Below are positions 28,018 to 37,586 of a DNA stretch of 64,000 nucleotides, one piece after another. Position 1 is the stretch's first letter. Each line of letters starts with the position of its first letter. The notes under the pieces were generated by a model. The model was given only the letters and a program-made list of their open reading frames with translations, had not been told where the DNA came from and did no database searches. The position numbers were made by a program, and so were the translations under genes. This DNA comes from a virus. The stretch covers positions 55,900-119,899 of the IMG/VR virus record IMGVR_UViG_3300050821_017216, one strand, 5' to 3'.

Positions 28018-28683
28018 CTACTCGATTCCGGTCACCTCGTGGGCGTCGCTCCCGGACACGAAGGCGCTCGGGTCCTTCAGCGCGATCCGCCGGAGCGCGG
28101 CCCGGCGCCTGGCTAGCTGCCTGCCGTACTTGCACGACCCGCTCGCGACCTCAGCGAGCTGCTCGTCCTCGGGCAGCTTCGCGCAGTCCCGGCGCGCTTG
28201 CGCGGCGGCCGCGAGCCAGATGGGAGCGGCCTTCTCCGGGATCCGGGCGACCTCCGGCGTCGCGTACCGCGCCGAGAGCTGCCACGGGCCGTGACTCTTC
28301 CCACTATCTCCCACCGCGGAGAGGCGGAGGTTGCTCTCGAAGACGCTGTAGACGACGAGGTCGCCCGCCTCGTCGCGGGTCGTCGCGGTCCGCGCGATGG
28401 CCGAGGCTATGCGGTTGGCCTGCCCGACCCGGTCCCAGCGGTAGTGGTCTTTGCCGAGCTCGCGGCTCGGGAGCCGCCGCATCATCGCGAGCACGTCGTC
28501 GGTCGTGAGCGAGGTGGGGAGGTCCGTCGGGATCGTGGAGTCGTCCGGCTTTGACGCATCGTGGCGGTCCGGCGACGCCAGCGCGGCTTCGACGCCGGCA
28601 GGTTGGGTCTGCGCGCTCGAGTCGCGCAGCGCGAGCAGCGCCGTCACCAGGACCAGGAAGCTGAGGGCTGTTTTCATGCCCAC
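28018..28683 (-). CDS. Secreted lysozyme-like / lytic transglycosylase-like protein
   Basis: Signal peptide, FESNLRLSAVGDSGKSHGPWQL (catalytic-Glu and GxxQ pattern). Confidence 0.65.
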   Translation of the reverse strand: MGMKTALSFLVLVTALLALRDSSAQTQPAGVEAALASPDRHDASKPDDSTIPTDLPTSLTTDDVLAMMRRLPSRELGKDHYRWDRVGQANRIASAIARTATTRDEAGDLVVYSVFESNLRLSAVGDSGKSHGPWQLSARYATPEVARIPEKAAPIWLAAAAQARRDCAKLPEDEQLAEVASGSCKYGRQLARRRAALRRIALKDPSAFVSGSDAHEVTGIE

Positions 28684-28832
28684 GTTCTACTCGCGGATTA
28701 CCCGGACGCTCAAGACCCCATTCGCTCTGGTGCAGAACGGTCTTGACTTCTACCCGACGTCGGTGCGTCACCGTGGCCGGACACGTGGTGGCGGCGGGCG
28801 CGAGCGGGTAGAGTCTGCCACGGGAGGCCACC

Positions 28833-29123
28833 GTGTCGGACGTACCCCTCGCTGACACGTGCGTGTGCGGGGTCCCCTACTGGCACCGGTTCATGGGCCC
28901 GGCGGACGCGCCGACCACCGCCGCCGGTTCCGGGACGACGGGCGCGGCGACGCGTTTCCTCTGGTGCAGGAAGTGCGGCTCGGTCCGCGTCATCTTTGAG
29001 GCGCGCTGGCAGATCCCGCTCGACCGCGCCGGGGAGATCGCGCGAAGCGTGCCGCTCGACGGCGACGACGAGGAGAAGCCCACCAACCCGGGCACGCCGC
29101 GGGCGAAGAAGGGTGACGACTGA
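28833..29123 (+). CDS. Zn-finger-like protein
   Basis: GGGAGG RBS, CVCG..CRKCG. Confidence 0.6.
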   Translation: MSDVPLADTCVCGVPYWHRFMGPADAPTTAAGSGTTGAATRFLWCRKCGSVRVIFEARWQIPLDRAGEIARSVPLDGDDEEKPTNPGTPRAKKGDD

Positions 29124-29130
29124 CGGCGCC

Positions 29131-29757
29131 TCAGTAGTCGTCGGTCGGTCGCTGCGCGTACTGCCAGAGCTCCGAGAACTTCGGCCGGACCCACTGGTTC
29201 AGGTTGATCGAGAAGTCCTCCGCGAGCCCGTTGACCCGCACGAGTTGGATGACGTCGTCGAAGTCGCGCGGCCGGTCGGGCGCCGTCATGCCGCTCGCCA
29301 ACTTCAGCTCGATGAGGTGGGTCAGGTCTACGGTCTGCAGGTCGCCGATCGCGATCGACGCGTCCTCGGGGTCAGGAAACCGCACCGGCTTCGGCAAGCC
29401 GTCACCCGGGTAGGCGCCGGTGAGCAGGACGTCGATCTTCACGCCGTTGCGCACGTCGCGCATGTTCTTGGAACCAGGGTAGCGCTCCACCCAGCCGCGA
29501 CCGAGCCAGCGCTCCTTGAACCGCTTGAGGCCGTCCTCGGTCAGGAGGACGTCGACGTCCGAGGTCGTCCGCTGGTGCCCGTGCAGCAGCACCGCCATCG
29601 CGCCGGCGATGGCGTACGGGATCCCGGCTTCGTCGAGCGCCGCCGCGAGGTCGACGGCCGCTCGCTGGACCCTGGACTCGCCCATGAAGAAACGCTCCGC
29701 CTCTGCGAGGCTCGCGAGACCGCGGGATCGCGGAGTCCGGGTCTCGTCGAGCCGCAT
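29131..29757 (-). CDS. Minimal nucleotidyltransferase-family protein
   Basis: YAIAGAMAVLLHGHQRTTSDVD, TAGGAT 7 nt before ATG 29757. Confidence 0.8.
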   Translation of the reverse strand: MRLDETRTPRSRGLASLAEAERFFMGESRVQRAAVDLAAALDEAGIPYAIAGAMAVLLHGHQRTTSDVDVLLTEDGLKRFKERWLGRGWVERYPGSKNMRDVRNGVKIDVLLTGAYPGDGLPKPVRFPDPEDASIAIGDLQTVDLTHLIELKLASGMTAPDRPRDFDDVIQLVRVNGLAEDFSINLNQWVRPKFSELWQYAQRPTDDY

Positions 29758-29794
29758 GGCCGCTATCCTAGCCCCGCAGTGGGTGGAGGTCCAC

Positions 29795-29823
29795 TTGCGG
29801 ATCGCACGATCGCGCGGTACGTT
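29795..29823 (+). promoter_or_regulatory. sigma70-like leaderless promoter
   Basis: TTGCGG-17 nt-TACGTT, 7 nt before ATG 29831. Confidence 0.65.
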
Positions 29824-29830
29824 GCGCCAG

Positions 29831-30001
29831 ATGTCACGTTCCAGACAAAGCGTCAAACCGCTGACGCTCACGCTCTTCCGGTCACAGCCGGGCGAGTACC
29901 TGCGCGCGGTGGCGCGCGAGGGGAAGCGCTTCGTGCTGACGAAGTCGGGCAAGCCCGTCGCGCTCCTCGTCCCGGTCGACACGCCAAACGGGGTCGACTG
30001 A
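29831..30001 (+). CDS. Phd/YefM-like antitoxin domain
   Basis: FRSQPGEYLRAVAREGKRFVLTKSGKPVALLVP. Confidence 0.7.
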   Translation: MSRSRQSVKPLTLTLFRSQPGEYLRAVAREGKRFVLTKSGKPVALLVPVDTPNGVD

Positions 30002-30267
30002 TGCCCGAGCGCGTCGCTAAGGGTCCGGTGAAGCGGCACCGTCACCACCCCATCATCTGGATGGTCGAGTGGCTGCGCGGCAACGAGGTGCGCTTCTTCT
30101 TCTCCACCGGGCGCATCGTCGAACTGGAACTCCCGGTCGCGTCCGCCAAGAAGGCGAAGGTCGTCGACAAGGGTCTAGGGCTCGACCCGGGTGACGGGAT
30201 GGACCTGTGCGCCGTCGAGCTGCACAAGCGGCGCGGCAAGGTCTGGGCCCGCGGGCACTGGACCTGA
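30001..30267 (+). CDS. Small protein, possibly DUF2442-like
   Basis: TGATG coupling, VRFFFSTGRIVELEL..GLGLDPGDGMDL. Confidence 0.5.
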   Translation: MPERVAKGPVKRHRHHPIIWMVEWLRGNEVRFFFSTGRIVELELPVASAKKAKVVDKGLGLDPGDGMDLCAVELHKRRGKVWARGHWT

Positions 30268-30273
30268 TCGCGC

Positions 30274-30483
30274 TCAGAGGATCGCGTCGTCGGCCGCGTC
30301 GTCGTACGCGCGCACGCGCCGACCGGACTCGGTTACCCACCACACCTCCTCGCCCGTCTCGTCGGGCGCCCAGTAGCCGTACCCGTGGGCCAGCGCCCAG
30401 GTGAACGCCTCGTGCGAGCACGGCTCGCCCGGTTCGCCGATCTCCTGGAGGACGGCGCGCTGGTCCGGTGTCAGTCGTTGCAT
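30274..30483 (-). CDS. Small hypothetical protein
   Basis: 69 aa, GC3-biased. Confidence 0.55.
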   Translation of the reverse strand: MQRLTPDQRAVLQEIGEPGEPCSHEAFTWALAHGYGYWAPDETGEEVWWVTESGRRVRAYDDAADDAIL

Positions 30484-30489
30484 GCTCTC

Positions 30490-31110
30490 TTACAGACCAA
30501 CTATCGTTTCAGCCGGAATGACGCTGTTAGATGGTACTTCTATACGCTCTACGCGAAATCCGTGCAGCGCAGCGATACCATTCTTCTTTTCATCGCGAAG
30601 AATTTGTTCTTTTTTGCGATGGTACGGGCCGTCAAACTCGACCAGTATGCGACTGTCTAATAGTGCCAAGTCAAACACGACACCGTCCAGCTCGTACTCG
30701 AACTCGTGTGGCCTTTCGCCAATCACCATCACCACTTCCACATACTTACGGGCCTCCCTACGCTTCAAGGCTTCAGCAGGCACTATCAGGTTGGGGATCA
30801 TCATCACGCCGATGCGGTGTAGTTTCTCCTTCGTTTCCGGAGATAACCTCGCGTACTTGCGAGCACATCCTCGCGAGCAGTGGTCTGATGACCGTTTTCT
30901 TCCGGATGACCAAAAGAATTTACCGCATGGGCACACCTTGGGTACTTCTGGCCCTCTCCGCGCCAACGCGTTGCATCTGAGGTTACAGTAGATCGGTCGC
31001 CCAAGCTTGACAGACCGGCGAAACTCTCGCGCGTCCCTGATGACTGTCTGTCCGCAGTGGTTACACGGAACGTGGATTTGGCTCACTATGACTCGAATCA
31101 ATGGGTCCAA
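30490..31110 (-). mobile_element. Free-standing DUF559/Vsr-like putative homing endonuclease with CxxC repeats
   Basis: Low-GC insert, FDLALLDSRILVEFDGPYH..RDEKKN. Start uncertain. Confidence 0.7.
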
Positions 31111-31128
31111 TATCGGACCATCCTAGTT

Positions 31129-31431
31129 TTACCCGAAAAACTGCTCGCGTGTCATCCCGTGGAACCGCTCGTAGTGCGCGGCCCACTCCTCCTCCTCCGC
31201 GCGGGTCATCGATCCGCAGCCGCGACACCCGTTCCAGACGCGCGCCGGGCAGCACTCGAAGGTGTGCTCCCAGCAGCAACAGCCGCAGTGGGCCACCTCG
31301 TCGAGCGTGTCGACGTCACCTTCCCATAGCGCGCGCTCGAGAATGCGGACGAACTCGTCGAGTGGGTGGCCGGCGTGCAAGGCCCACTCGCGGACCAGGT
31401 CGTCGTCGTACTCGGTCAGGAGATCCAGCAC
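31129..31431 (-). CDS. Cys-rich hypothetical protein
   Basis: CGCCCWEHTFECCPAR. Confidence 0.65.
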   Translation of the reverse strand: MLDLLTEYDDDLVREWALHAGHPLDEFVRILERALWEGDVDTLDEVAHCGCCCWEHTFECCPARVWNGCRGCGSMTRAEEEEWAAHYERFHGMTREQFFG

Positions 31432-31603
31432 CTCAGACCTCGCACGTGCAGACGTACCCGCACGACCAGCACTCGAGCCACCACCAGACCTCGGCGGCCA
31501 TCCGAGACGTCCTCGCCGCGCGCGTGCGCGAGCGACGCGAAGGACACCGGCGCCGGTCGCGCGCAGCAGGCGCGTACGCGGCAGACCCGCCAGGCGCGCC
31601 GGA

Positions 31604-31852
31604 TCACCAGCCTAGCTCCCGCGCGTACGCCCGCAGCGACGGCTCGAACCGTCCGACCAGCGTCCGCGCCGGTGTCGTGGTCTGCCGCCCGCACCACGGG
31701 CAGCTCCCGTCCCGGGCGAGCAGGGACGCTCGCTCGCGGGTCAGCAGGTTGTCCCAGCCGCGCGCGGTCCGGTTGCCGCACGGTCCGATCACGGTCTCGG
31801 CCTTCTTGCGGCAGCACGGGCAGCGACCGCCGCCCCACTCGTACTCGCTCAT
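31604..31852 (-). CDS. Zn-finger-like protein
   Basis: CPCC, CPWCG. Confidence 0.55.
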   Translation of the reverse strand: MSEYEWGGGRCPCCRKKAETVIGPCGNRTARGWDNLLTRERASLLARDGSCPWCGRQTTTPARTLVGRFEPSLRAYARELGW

Positions 31853-31976
31853 GCCCGAGGCACCATCGCAAGAGCGCGGCCAACCGCACGCTCTAGCGAA
31901 TCCGAGCAGTTACTACCGGCTACCACCGGTCGCCGAGGGAAGGAAGTTTCTCCTTTCGGAAGAAACGTTCTGGAGC

Positions 31977-32105
31977 TCAGGGGATGAGGTGGGTGAGGTA
32001 CGTCAGCGCGCACCGCCAGAGCGGCTTGCCTCGCCCGCGCGCACCGCGCCAGTAGACGAGCGCGTAGCGGTGTCGCGCGTGCCAGGAACCGCCGCCGAAG
32101 TCCAT
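31977..32105 (-). CDS. Small hypothetical protein
   Basis: ATG at 32105 overlaps the relic stop (TGATG). Confidence 0.4.
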   Translation of the reverse strand: MDFGGGSWHARHRYALVYWRGARGRGKPLWRCALTYLTHLIP

Positions 32106-32220
32106 CAGAACGTCGCCACTCCTGCGCCGCTCCAGTTGTACGCAGACCCGCCGAAGCCTGCGGCGCCGCAGGCCGCGTCGAGGTGGGCGGGCGTCGTCGT
32201 GATGCCGGTGTGGGGTTCCA
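32105..32220 (-). pseudogene. Orphan C-terminal relic of a spike/fibre paralogue
   Basis: EPHTGITTTPAHLDAACGAAGFGGSAYNWSGAGVATF matches the end of the 25331 protein (ITLAHLDAAVGAGTGFGGNAYWF). Confidence 0.7.
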
Positions 32221-33909
32221 CTAAGGCGCCACCGCTCCAGAGTTGCAATACGCACCACCACCGCCCGGGTTGAATATGCAACCGTTTGGAATGGTCGTGC
32301 CGAGCACTGTATCTAGGTTCGATGCAGTTACAGCGCTGTTGCAAGCCGTGATGCCGCCTGCCGCCGCCGGGTTGCCTATACACCCAACGGTGAGGTTGTT
32401 CTCTTTGATGGTCACGCCACCCGCGCCAAAGGCAGCCGCAGCAGCTCCGGCTCCTGTCGGATAGATCGTCTTGCCTACGGTGTTGTAAGTCCCGGTCCCC
32501 CACAACCTGACCGAGCCTGGGATTCTAGGTAAGGTGAGATTTGCTTTCCAGTCTGCGTTCACCGTTACGTTTGAGTCGATGAAGACCGCACCCATGCTCG
32601 GGCTGTAAAGTGCGTATTGGAACGCCGTACCGCCCATGTTCCCGAAGATCACATCACCGTCAAAAAATGTGTAGTCGGCGATGACATTGAAGCCACCAGA
32701 TCCGACACCGACGATACCACCGATGATCCCGATCGGCTCCGTGTCAAGAGTGATCCCAGACCCTGGAGTAAGCGCGTAGTTCGTCATCGCTCCGGAGAAG
32801 TCGTTGTTCAACCAGACCTGGAACGTCCTAGTCCAGTACCGTTCAACAGTAACGAGTCGAGACGACTGGACGTTTGTATAAACGAGCCCTTGCCCTGTTC
32901 CGCCAACGGTACTAGCGTCACGATTCAATGTCCCACCGCTGATTCGTAGGTTGGACACGGACGATACTGCGGTTGAGATAGATCCGAGCATCGTTGGTGA
33001 GAAGGCTACCAAGTTGATGGAGACTGGACTGTAAACGGTCACGGCGTCTGCGCCGATTGTGACCTCAGTCCCGAAACCGAGAGCGGTGCCAAGCGTATAG
33101 CTAGCGGCGGACGACAGCGGCGTGGACGTGAAGTAGGCCGGCGCTGCGCCATTCACCTCGTACGTCCAGAACCCAGACGGGTTCGTGCTGTCGACGACCA
33201 GATCGTTGACGGCCGCCGCGCAGGGGAGGGTTACCTTGGTGAGTGTGTTCGTGCCAACGACGAAGTTGGTCACCGCGGACAAGTTTCCGGTACACACCTG
33301 CTGCGCGGCTCCAAGAGATCCTGTAACCGCTATCCATGCGTTGGACTCCAACGCCGGGTACAACGCCACCGGGTCGGTGCTACCAGGTTGGCTGCTGGTA
33401 AACGTGATCGTGGTGTTCTGCTGGAGACGCGGGCACAAGACCGGGTTTCCGAGGCAACCCCAGCGGTGAACGTTGATCTCTTGCCAAGTCAGGCAAGCGG
33501 TCGACGTCGTGACGCAATCGTTTGAATCGCTCGCGGTACCTGATGCGTTCGCCGGATCGACTATCCATTTCGGTACCGTCCAGCTCGCGGGGATGATCGG
33601 CGTCGACGCGCCCGAAGCCATGAACGTCGCCGGCTTCTTGCCGCTGCACCGCCACTCGCCCGACGGCGATGTGCAGGCCGCCACGACGATCTGGGCCTGC
33701 GTCCGCGTGTCCTTCGGCGCAGGCATGACGATGCTGGACCGCGGCACGCGGAGGAGCACTCGCGACGTCGCGGGCGGCGGATCCAGCTCGGCGATGGGTG
33801 CGGACGCGACTTCAGTGGGTGCCGGTGAGGCCTCGGGCTGCGCCGGAGCGTCACGGCACCCGGCGAGCACAAGGAGGGTGAGGGCGGCGGCGCGTAAGGT
33901 CATGTTCAT
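32221..33909 (-). CDS. Lipoprotein with a beta-rich spike-like body, paralogue A
   Basis: Lipobox LVLAGC, IIPASWTVPKWIVDPAN, low-GC distal two-thirds. Confidence 0.85.
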   Translation of the reverse strand: MNMTLRAAALTLLVLAGCRDAPAQPEASPAPTEVASAPIAELDPPPATSRVLLRVPRSSIVMPAPKDTRTQAQIVVAACTSPSGEWRCSGKKPATFMASGASTPIIPASWTVPKWIVDPANASGTASDSNDCVTTSTACLTWQEINVHRWGCLGNPVLCPRLQQNTTITFTSSQPGSTDPVALYPALESNAWIAVTGSLGAAQQVCTGNLSAVTNFVVGTNTLTKVTLPCAAAVNDLVVDSTNPSGFWTYEVNGAAPAYFTSTPLSSAASYTLGTALGFGTEVTIGADAVTVYSPVSINLVAFSPTMLGSISTAVSSVSNLRISGGTLNRDASTVGGTGQGLVYTNVQSSRLVTVERYWTRTFQVWLNNDFSGAMTNYALTPGSGITLDTEPIGIIGGIVGVGSGGFNVIADYTFFDGDVIFGNMGGTAFQYALYSPSMGAVFIDSNVTVNADWKANLTLPRIPGSVRLWGTGTYNTVGKTIYPTGAGAAAAAFGAGGVTIKENNLTVGCIGNPAAAGGITACNSAVTASNLDTVLGTTIPNGCIFNPGGGGAYCNSGAVAP

Positions 33910-33923
33910 GGGTCAACCAACCT

Positions 33924-35561
33924 TCAATTGGCGTTGCAGAAACGAGCACCCGTAGCTGGATCCTGAAGGCCGTTGTCGGTGTCGAGGTTCGCAGCTGACA
34001 GCGTGATACCGTCCGTCCACACCCCGGCGCTGTACTTGCTGCCCGTAGTAGCTGCACCGAGCTTCAACGTGCCCGAGGTGAGTAAAGTGGCAGCGAAGCT
34101 CGCTCCGGTGTTTCTAACGAAGGCAGACCCTGGGGCGACGGTAACGGGTATGGATCCCCATAGAGCCGCGGTCGCGCCAGTGCTGGTTGTAATCTGATAG
34201 ACGGCGCCGGTCTGGATGAGCAAGTTGCTCCCGTCGCTGAAGACGGCGGACCATTGATGTTGGGCCGCCTCCATGGTGATACCACCGTGCACAACGACAT
34301 CTCCGTCGACTGTCGTCGTCCCGTAGAGCGTCATCGTTCCGCGCAGGATGCCTCCGTAGACGGTGGCGGTCCCCGACAAGACCGCAAACGAGCCTGACAC
34401 GTCGCACCCGATAGCTGTCGCTGCGTTTCCTCGGCCGTTGACGGAAGCCATCTGAAGTCGTGGTGCGACAGCGCACGCTGACAGTACGCTGGTGGCGGAG
34501 TCGGACACCGACGCAAACTCCGATGCGGCCGAACCGGACGAGTCCGCGATCTGAAGGAACTGCATCCACCCTGCGGACGGAGCGCCGCTTCCTACATCAC
34601 CACCCTTGGGTCTCCAGACCTTCAGGTTCGAGATCGGCAAGCTCCACACCGTGAACGCGTCGCCCGTCGACATGACCCCCTCTGCCAATGAAGGGATACC
34701 TACGGTTGTGATGAGGGAGTTGGGGAGAGGTTGACTGATCGTCGCCGTGCCGGTCGTGATGGAGTCGATGAACGCCCACGTGTTCGCGGTCGTGTCTTGG
34801 AGCAGCATCTTGGCCGCCGCCCCCACGCACATGTTGGAGACAGCCCAGCGCGTACCCGGACCGCCGCGGACCTGGGCCGTGACCGTCGCCGTGCTCACCG
34901 GGATCGTACAGACGCTCGTGAGGCTGCCGAGGAGGACCGCCTGCGCCCCGTTCGGCAGGTACGGCTCGAAGAAGATGTAGTCCGTGTTGAGCATCTGCGC
35001 GGACAGCTGGTGGAACGTCGTCGACTGCTGGAGCTGGGGGTTACTCTGCCCGAGCCGGTGGGCCTCGATCTCGCCCCACGTCGCGACGGGCCCGACGCCG
35101 CCCGTGCATACGCTCCCCGAGCACCCGCCCGTGCAGGTGGCCGCCGTGCCGCTGTTCGTGTCGGAGGCGCAGCCGATGGAGTTTGCGGGGTCGAAGTACC
35201 AGTTGGGGACCGTCCACGAGCTCGGGATGACCGGCGCTGACGCTGCGGACGCCTTGGGCTGCGGGATCGCGCAGCGCCACTTCTTGTCCGCGCCGAGGCA
35301 CGCGGCGGCGGCCAGCGCAGCGGGCGACCGCGCGTCCTTGCTCGCGACCGTCGGGCGCGCCGTCGACGCCGCCCACTCCGCGGGCGTGAAGTCGCCGTGC
35401 ACGAGCCCCGTCTCGGGGACGGTCTGGGCGGGTGCGGGCGGCGGGACCGTCGTCGGCGCGGCGTCGACGCGTCCCGCGTCCGGGGTGGACGAGGAGCCGT
35501 CGCACCCGAAGAGCGCGAGGAGACAGAGCCCGACTACCGCTACGTGTCGCTGCAGCATCAC
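33924..35561 (-). CDS. Lipoprotein with a beta-rich spike-like body, paralogue B
   Basis: Lipobox LALFGC, VIPSSWTVPNWYFDPAN, low-GC distal half. Confidence 0.85.
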   Translation of the reverse strand: MMLQRHVAVVGLCLLALFGCDGSSSTPDAGRVDAAPTTVPPPAPAQTVPETGLVHGDFTPAEWAASTARPTVASKDARSPAALAAAACLGADKKWRCAIPQPKASAASAPVIPSSWTVPNWYFDPANSIGCASDTNSGTAATCTGGCSGSVCTGGVGPVATWGEIEAHRLGQSNPQLQQSTTFHQLSAQMLNTDYIFFEPYLPNGAQAVLLGSLTSVCTIPVSTATVTAQVRGGPGTRWAVSNMCVGAAAKMLLQDTTANTWAFIDSITTGTATISQPLPNSLITTVGIPSLAEGVMSTGDAFTVWSLPISNLKVWRPKGGDVGSGAPSAGWMQFLQIADSSGSAASEFASVSDSATSVLSACAVAPRLQMASVNGRGNAATAIGCDVSGSFAVLSGTATVYGGILRGTMTLYGTTTVDGDVVVHGGITMEAAQHQWSAVFSDGSNLLIQTGAVYQITTSTGATAALWGSIPVTVAPGSAFVRNTGASFAATLLTSGTLKLGAATTGSKYSAGVWTDGITLSAANLDTDNGLQDPATGARFCNAN

Positions 35562-35980
35562 ACGATCTCCTTCCAGGTCGGGTTCCCGCCGATCGACCCG
35601 ACGTACATCCAGGTCGCGTTCTGGCCCTGGCCGGCCAGGCTCGTCGTCCCGCTAGGCGCGGTGAAGTTGCCGGGGTTGCCCGGCTCCTCCACCACGAACC
35701 CGCCCGTCGCGGTGACGAGCACGGGGTTCGTGACCGACGCGCCGAGCAGGCTCACGGTCACCTGGTCGCCGACCATGACCCCGCCGCCGGACGGGAGGTC
35801 GACGGTCGCCTGCGCGCCCGGCGTGGCCACCGTGACGACGTTCCAGCGCGCGGCGGCGAGCACCGTCGTGCTGCCGGCGGCGGCGTTGGTCACTATCACC
35901 CCTATCGCGCCGGGCGCGACCAGCGCGCGCTCCGGGTACGACTCGCGGGTGTATCGCCCTTTACCCATCAGGTAGCTCAT
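35558..35980 (-). CDS. Small fibre-module protein with the IGRGR-type leader
   Basis: MSYLMGKGRYTRESYP, ATG at 35980 after GAGGAAAACCACC. Confidence 0.75.
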   Translation of the reverse strand: MSYLMGKGRYTRESYPERALVAPGAIGVIVTNAAAGSTTVLAAARWNVVTVATPGAQATVDLPSGGGVMVGDQVTVSLLGASVTNPVLVTATGGFVVEEPGNPGNFTAPSGTTSLAGQGQNATWMYVGSIGGNPTWKEIV

Positions 35981-35993
35981 GGTGGTTTTCCTC

Positions 35994-36638
35994 TCAGGTC
36001 GCGTTGCGCATCCAGAACGGTCGGCCGCCGAGTCGGTCGGCGGTCGCGAAGTTGACGTCCACGAGAGTGCCCGCGATGAGCACGTCCTCGGCGATCTGCC
36101 GCATCGCGTACCCGCGCGTCTGGACGTCGGGCACGTCCGACAGGCTGCGCCAGTAGCAGGGGGCGATGAGGCTCGTGAAGAGCTGCCCACCCGTGAGCGG
36201 CACGTCGTCGCCGATGTACTCGCCCGGCGGTCGTTGCGCCGCTTTGAGCCGGGCCGCCTTCGCGTTCGCGTACGCGATGGTCGCCACGTCACTCCCGCCG
36301 ATCCCCTCGAGATCATCCCACGCGCTCGCGCCGACGAGGTAGCCGGCGGCGCTCGCCTTGGCGACGAAGACCGCAGCGTCGGCGGTCCCGAGCGCGGCCG
36401 ACGGGATCCACCCAGGGTCGCGCACGCGCTGGTAGACCATCAGACCGAGGCCGGCCGCCATGAAGTCGGCGACCTCTCGCGCGGTGAGGTCGCTCGGGTC
36501 CGGCGCGCCGTCGCAGGTGACGGTGCGGATGCCGCCCTGGAACCCCACGACGCGGAGCGCGAGGAGCGTCGCGAGCGTGCACGGCGCGTCCGTGTCGAAG
36601 AGGAGCGCGTCGGGGACGGGTTCGACGATCGGGTTCAC
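35994..36638 (-). CDS. DUF1906/Rv2525c-like glycoside hydrolase (candidate endolysin)
   Basis: FDTD..LTAREVADFMAAGLGLMVYQ..GTADA..DLEG..Y. Confidence 0.7.
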   Translation of the reverse strand: MNPIVEPVPDALLFDTDAPCTLATLLALRVVGFQGGIRTVTCDGAPDPSDLTAREVADFMAAGLGLMVYQRVRDPGWIPSAALGTADAAVFVAKASAAGYLVGASAWDDLEGIGGSDVATIAYANAKAARLKAAQRPPGEYIGDDVPLTGGQLFTSLIAPCYWRSLSDVPDVQTRGYAMRQIAEDVLIAGTLVDVNFATADRLGGRPFWMRNAT

Positions 36639-36645
36639 TGGTGCC

Positions 36646-37374
36646 TCATGGCTGCGTTAGCGTCGCGCTCCAGCAGAGGAGCGTCACGTCGGCGGTCGTG
36701 TTCGGCCAGACACCGAAGCCTACGTTTGATGGCAGGTTGGCGAAGATGCCGCCGATCGGGGTGGGAGGCTCGCTGAAGAGCCACGAGACGCCGTCGACGG
36801 AGTACGACACTGAGAAGTTCGTCCCGTCGTACTCCGCGCGCAGGAGCGTCGGCGCGCCCGGCGTGATGTAGGCGAAGAGAGCGTCCGCGATGGGTGTCGT
36901 CGGACTGCTGAGGATGGTCTCCGCGCCACCCGCGAAGAACCCGTTCGCGGTCTTCGACGCGGTGGCCCCCGTCGTGAAGATGTGCCCGCTCACTGGGTCG
37001 CGCACCTCGATCCCGGTGAAAGGACCGCCGGTGTTCGTCGCGCCGAACGAGAACCCAGCCGTGAGCCCCAGCGTGAACGTCCACGGGTCGGCCGGCGTCT
37101 CGATCGAGATCTCCTGCGCCTGCCAGGCCGTGACGCCGGCCGGCGCCAGGATCAGCACGCCGCCGTCGCCTGACGGTCCGACGTCCGTGAAAGTGGGGGC
37201 GGTCGCCTGGCTGCCCTGTCGGGTGAAGTTGAGCGGCGTCCAGTCGGCGGCGACCGGCGGCGGGGTCCGCGTGAAGAACGGCCCGAACGGCCAGCCCGCG
37301 CCGCCGCCCGAATTGCTGGGCGCGCTCGGGTACGTCTCGCTCGCATAGCGCCCTCGGCCGATGACGCGGCTCAC
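36646..37374 (-). CDS. ConA-like beta-sandwich protein with the IGRGR leader
   Basis: VSRVIGRGRYASETYP, LLRAEYDGTNFSVSYSVDGVSW. Confidence 0.75.
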   Translation of the reverse strand: MSRVIGRGRYASETYPSAPSNSGGGAGWPFGPFFTRTPPPVAADWTPLNFTRQGSQATAPTFTDVGPSGDGGVLILAPAGVTAWQAQEISIETPADPWTFTLGLTAGFSFGATNTGGPFTGIEVRDPVSGHIFTTGATASKTANGFFAGGAETILSSPTTPIADALFAYITPGAPTLLRAEYDGTNFSVSYSVDGVSWLFSEPPTPIGGIFANLPSNVGFGVWPNTTADVTLLCWSATLTQP

Positions 37375-37586
37375 GACGGTTTCTCGGTATCGGACCGGTT
37401 CTTCGCGATGGCGCTCGCGACGCCCTGCCCGATCCCGAGCGCGGCGGCGCCTCCTAGAAAGACGCCGGTGATGTTCTGGATGACGCCGGCCGCCGTCGGT
37501 CCGTCGACCTTGCCGCTCAGGGCGAGGACCATGACGCAGGTGAGGCCGATCGCGCCGGCCACGCACTTCACGACGAGTGTGTTCAT
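37371..37586 (-). CDS. Two-helix membrane protein, holin-like
   Basis: 71 aa, two hydrophobic segments, charged C-terminus, close to the DUF1906 gene. Confidence 0.55.
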   Translation of the reverse strand: MNTLVVKCVAGAIGLTCVMVLALSGKVDGPTAAGVIQNITGVFLGGAAALGIGQGVASAIAKNRSDTEKPS

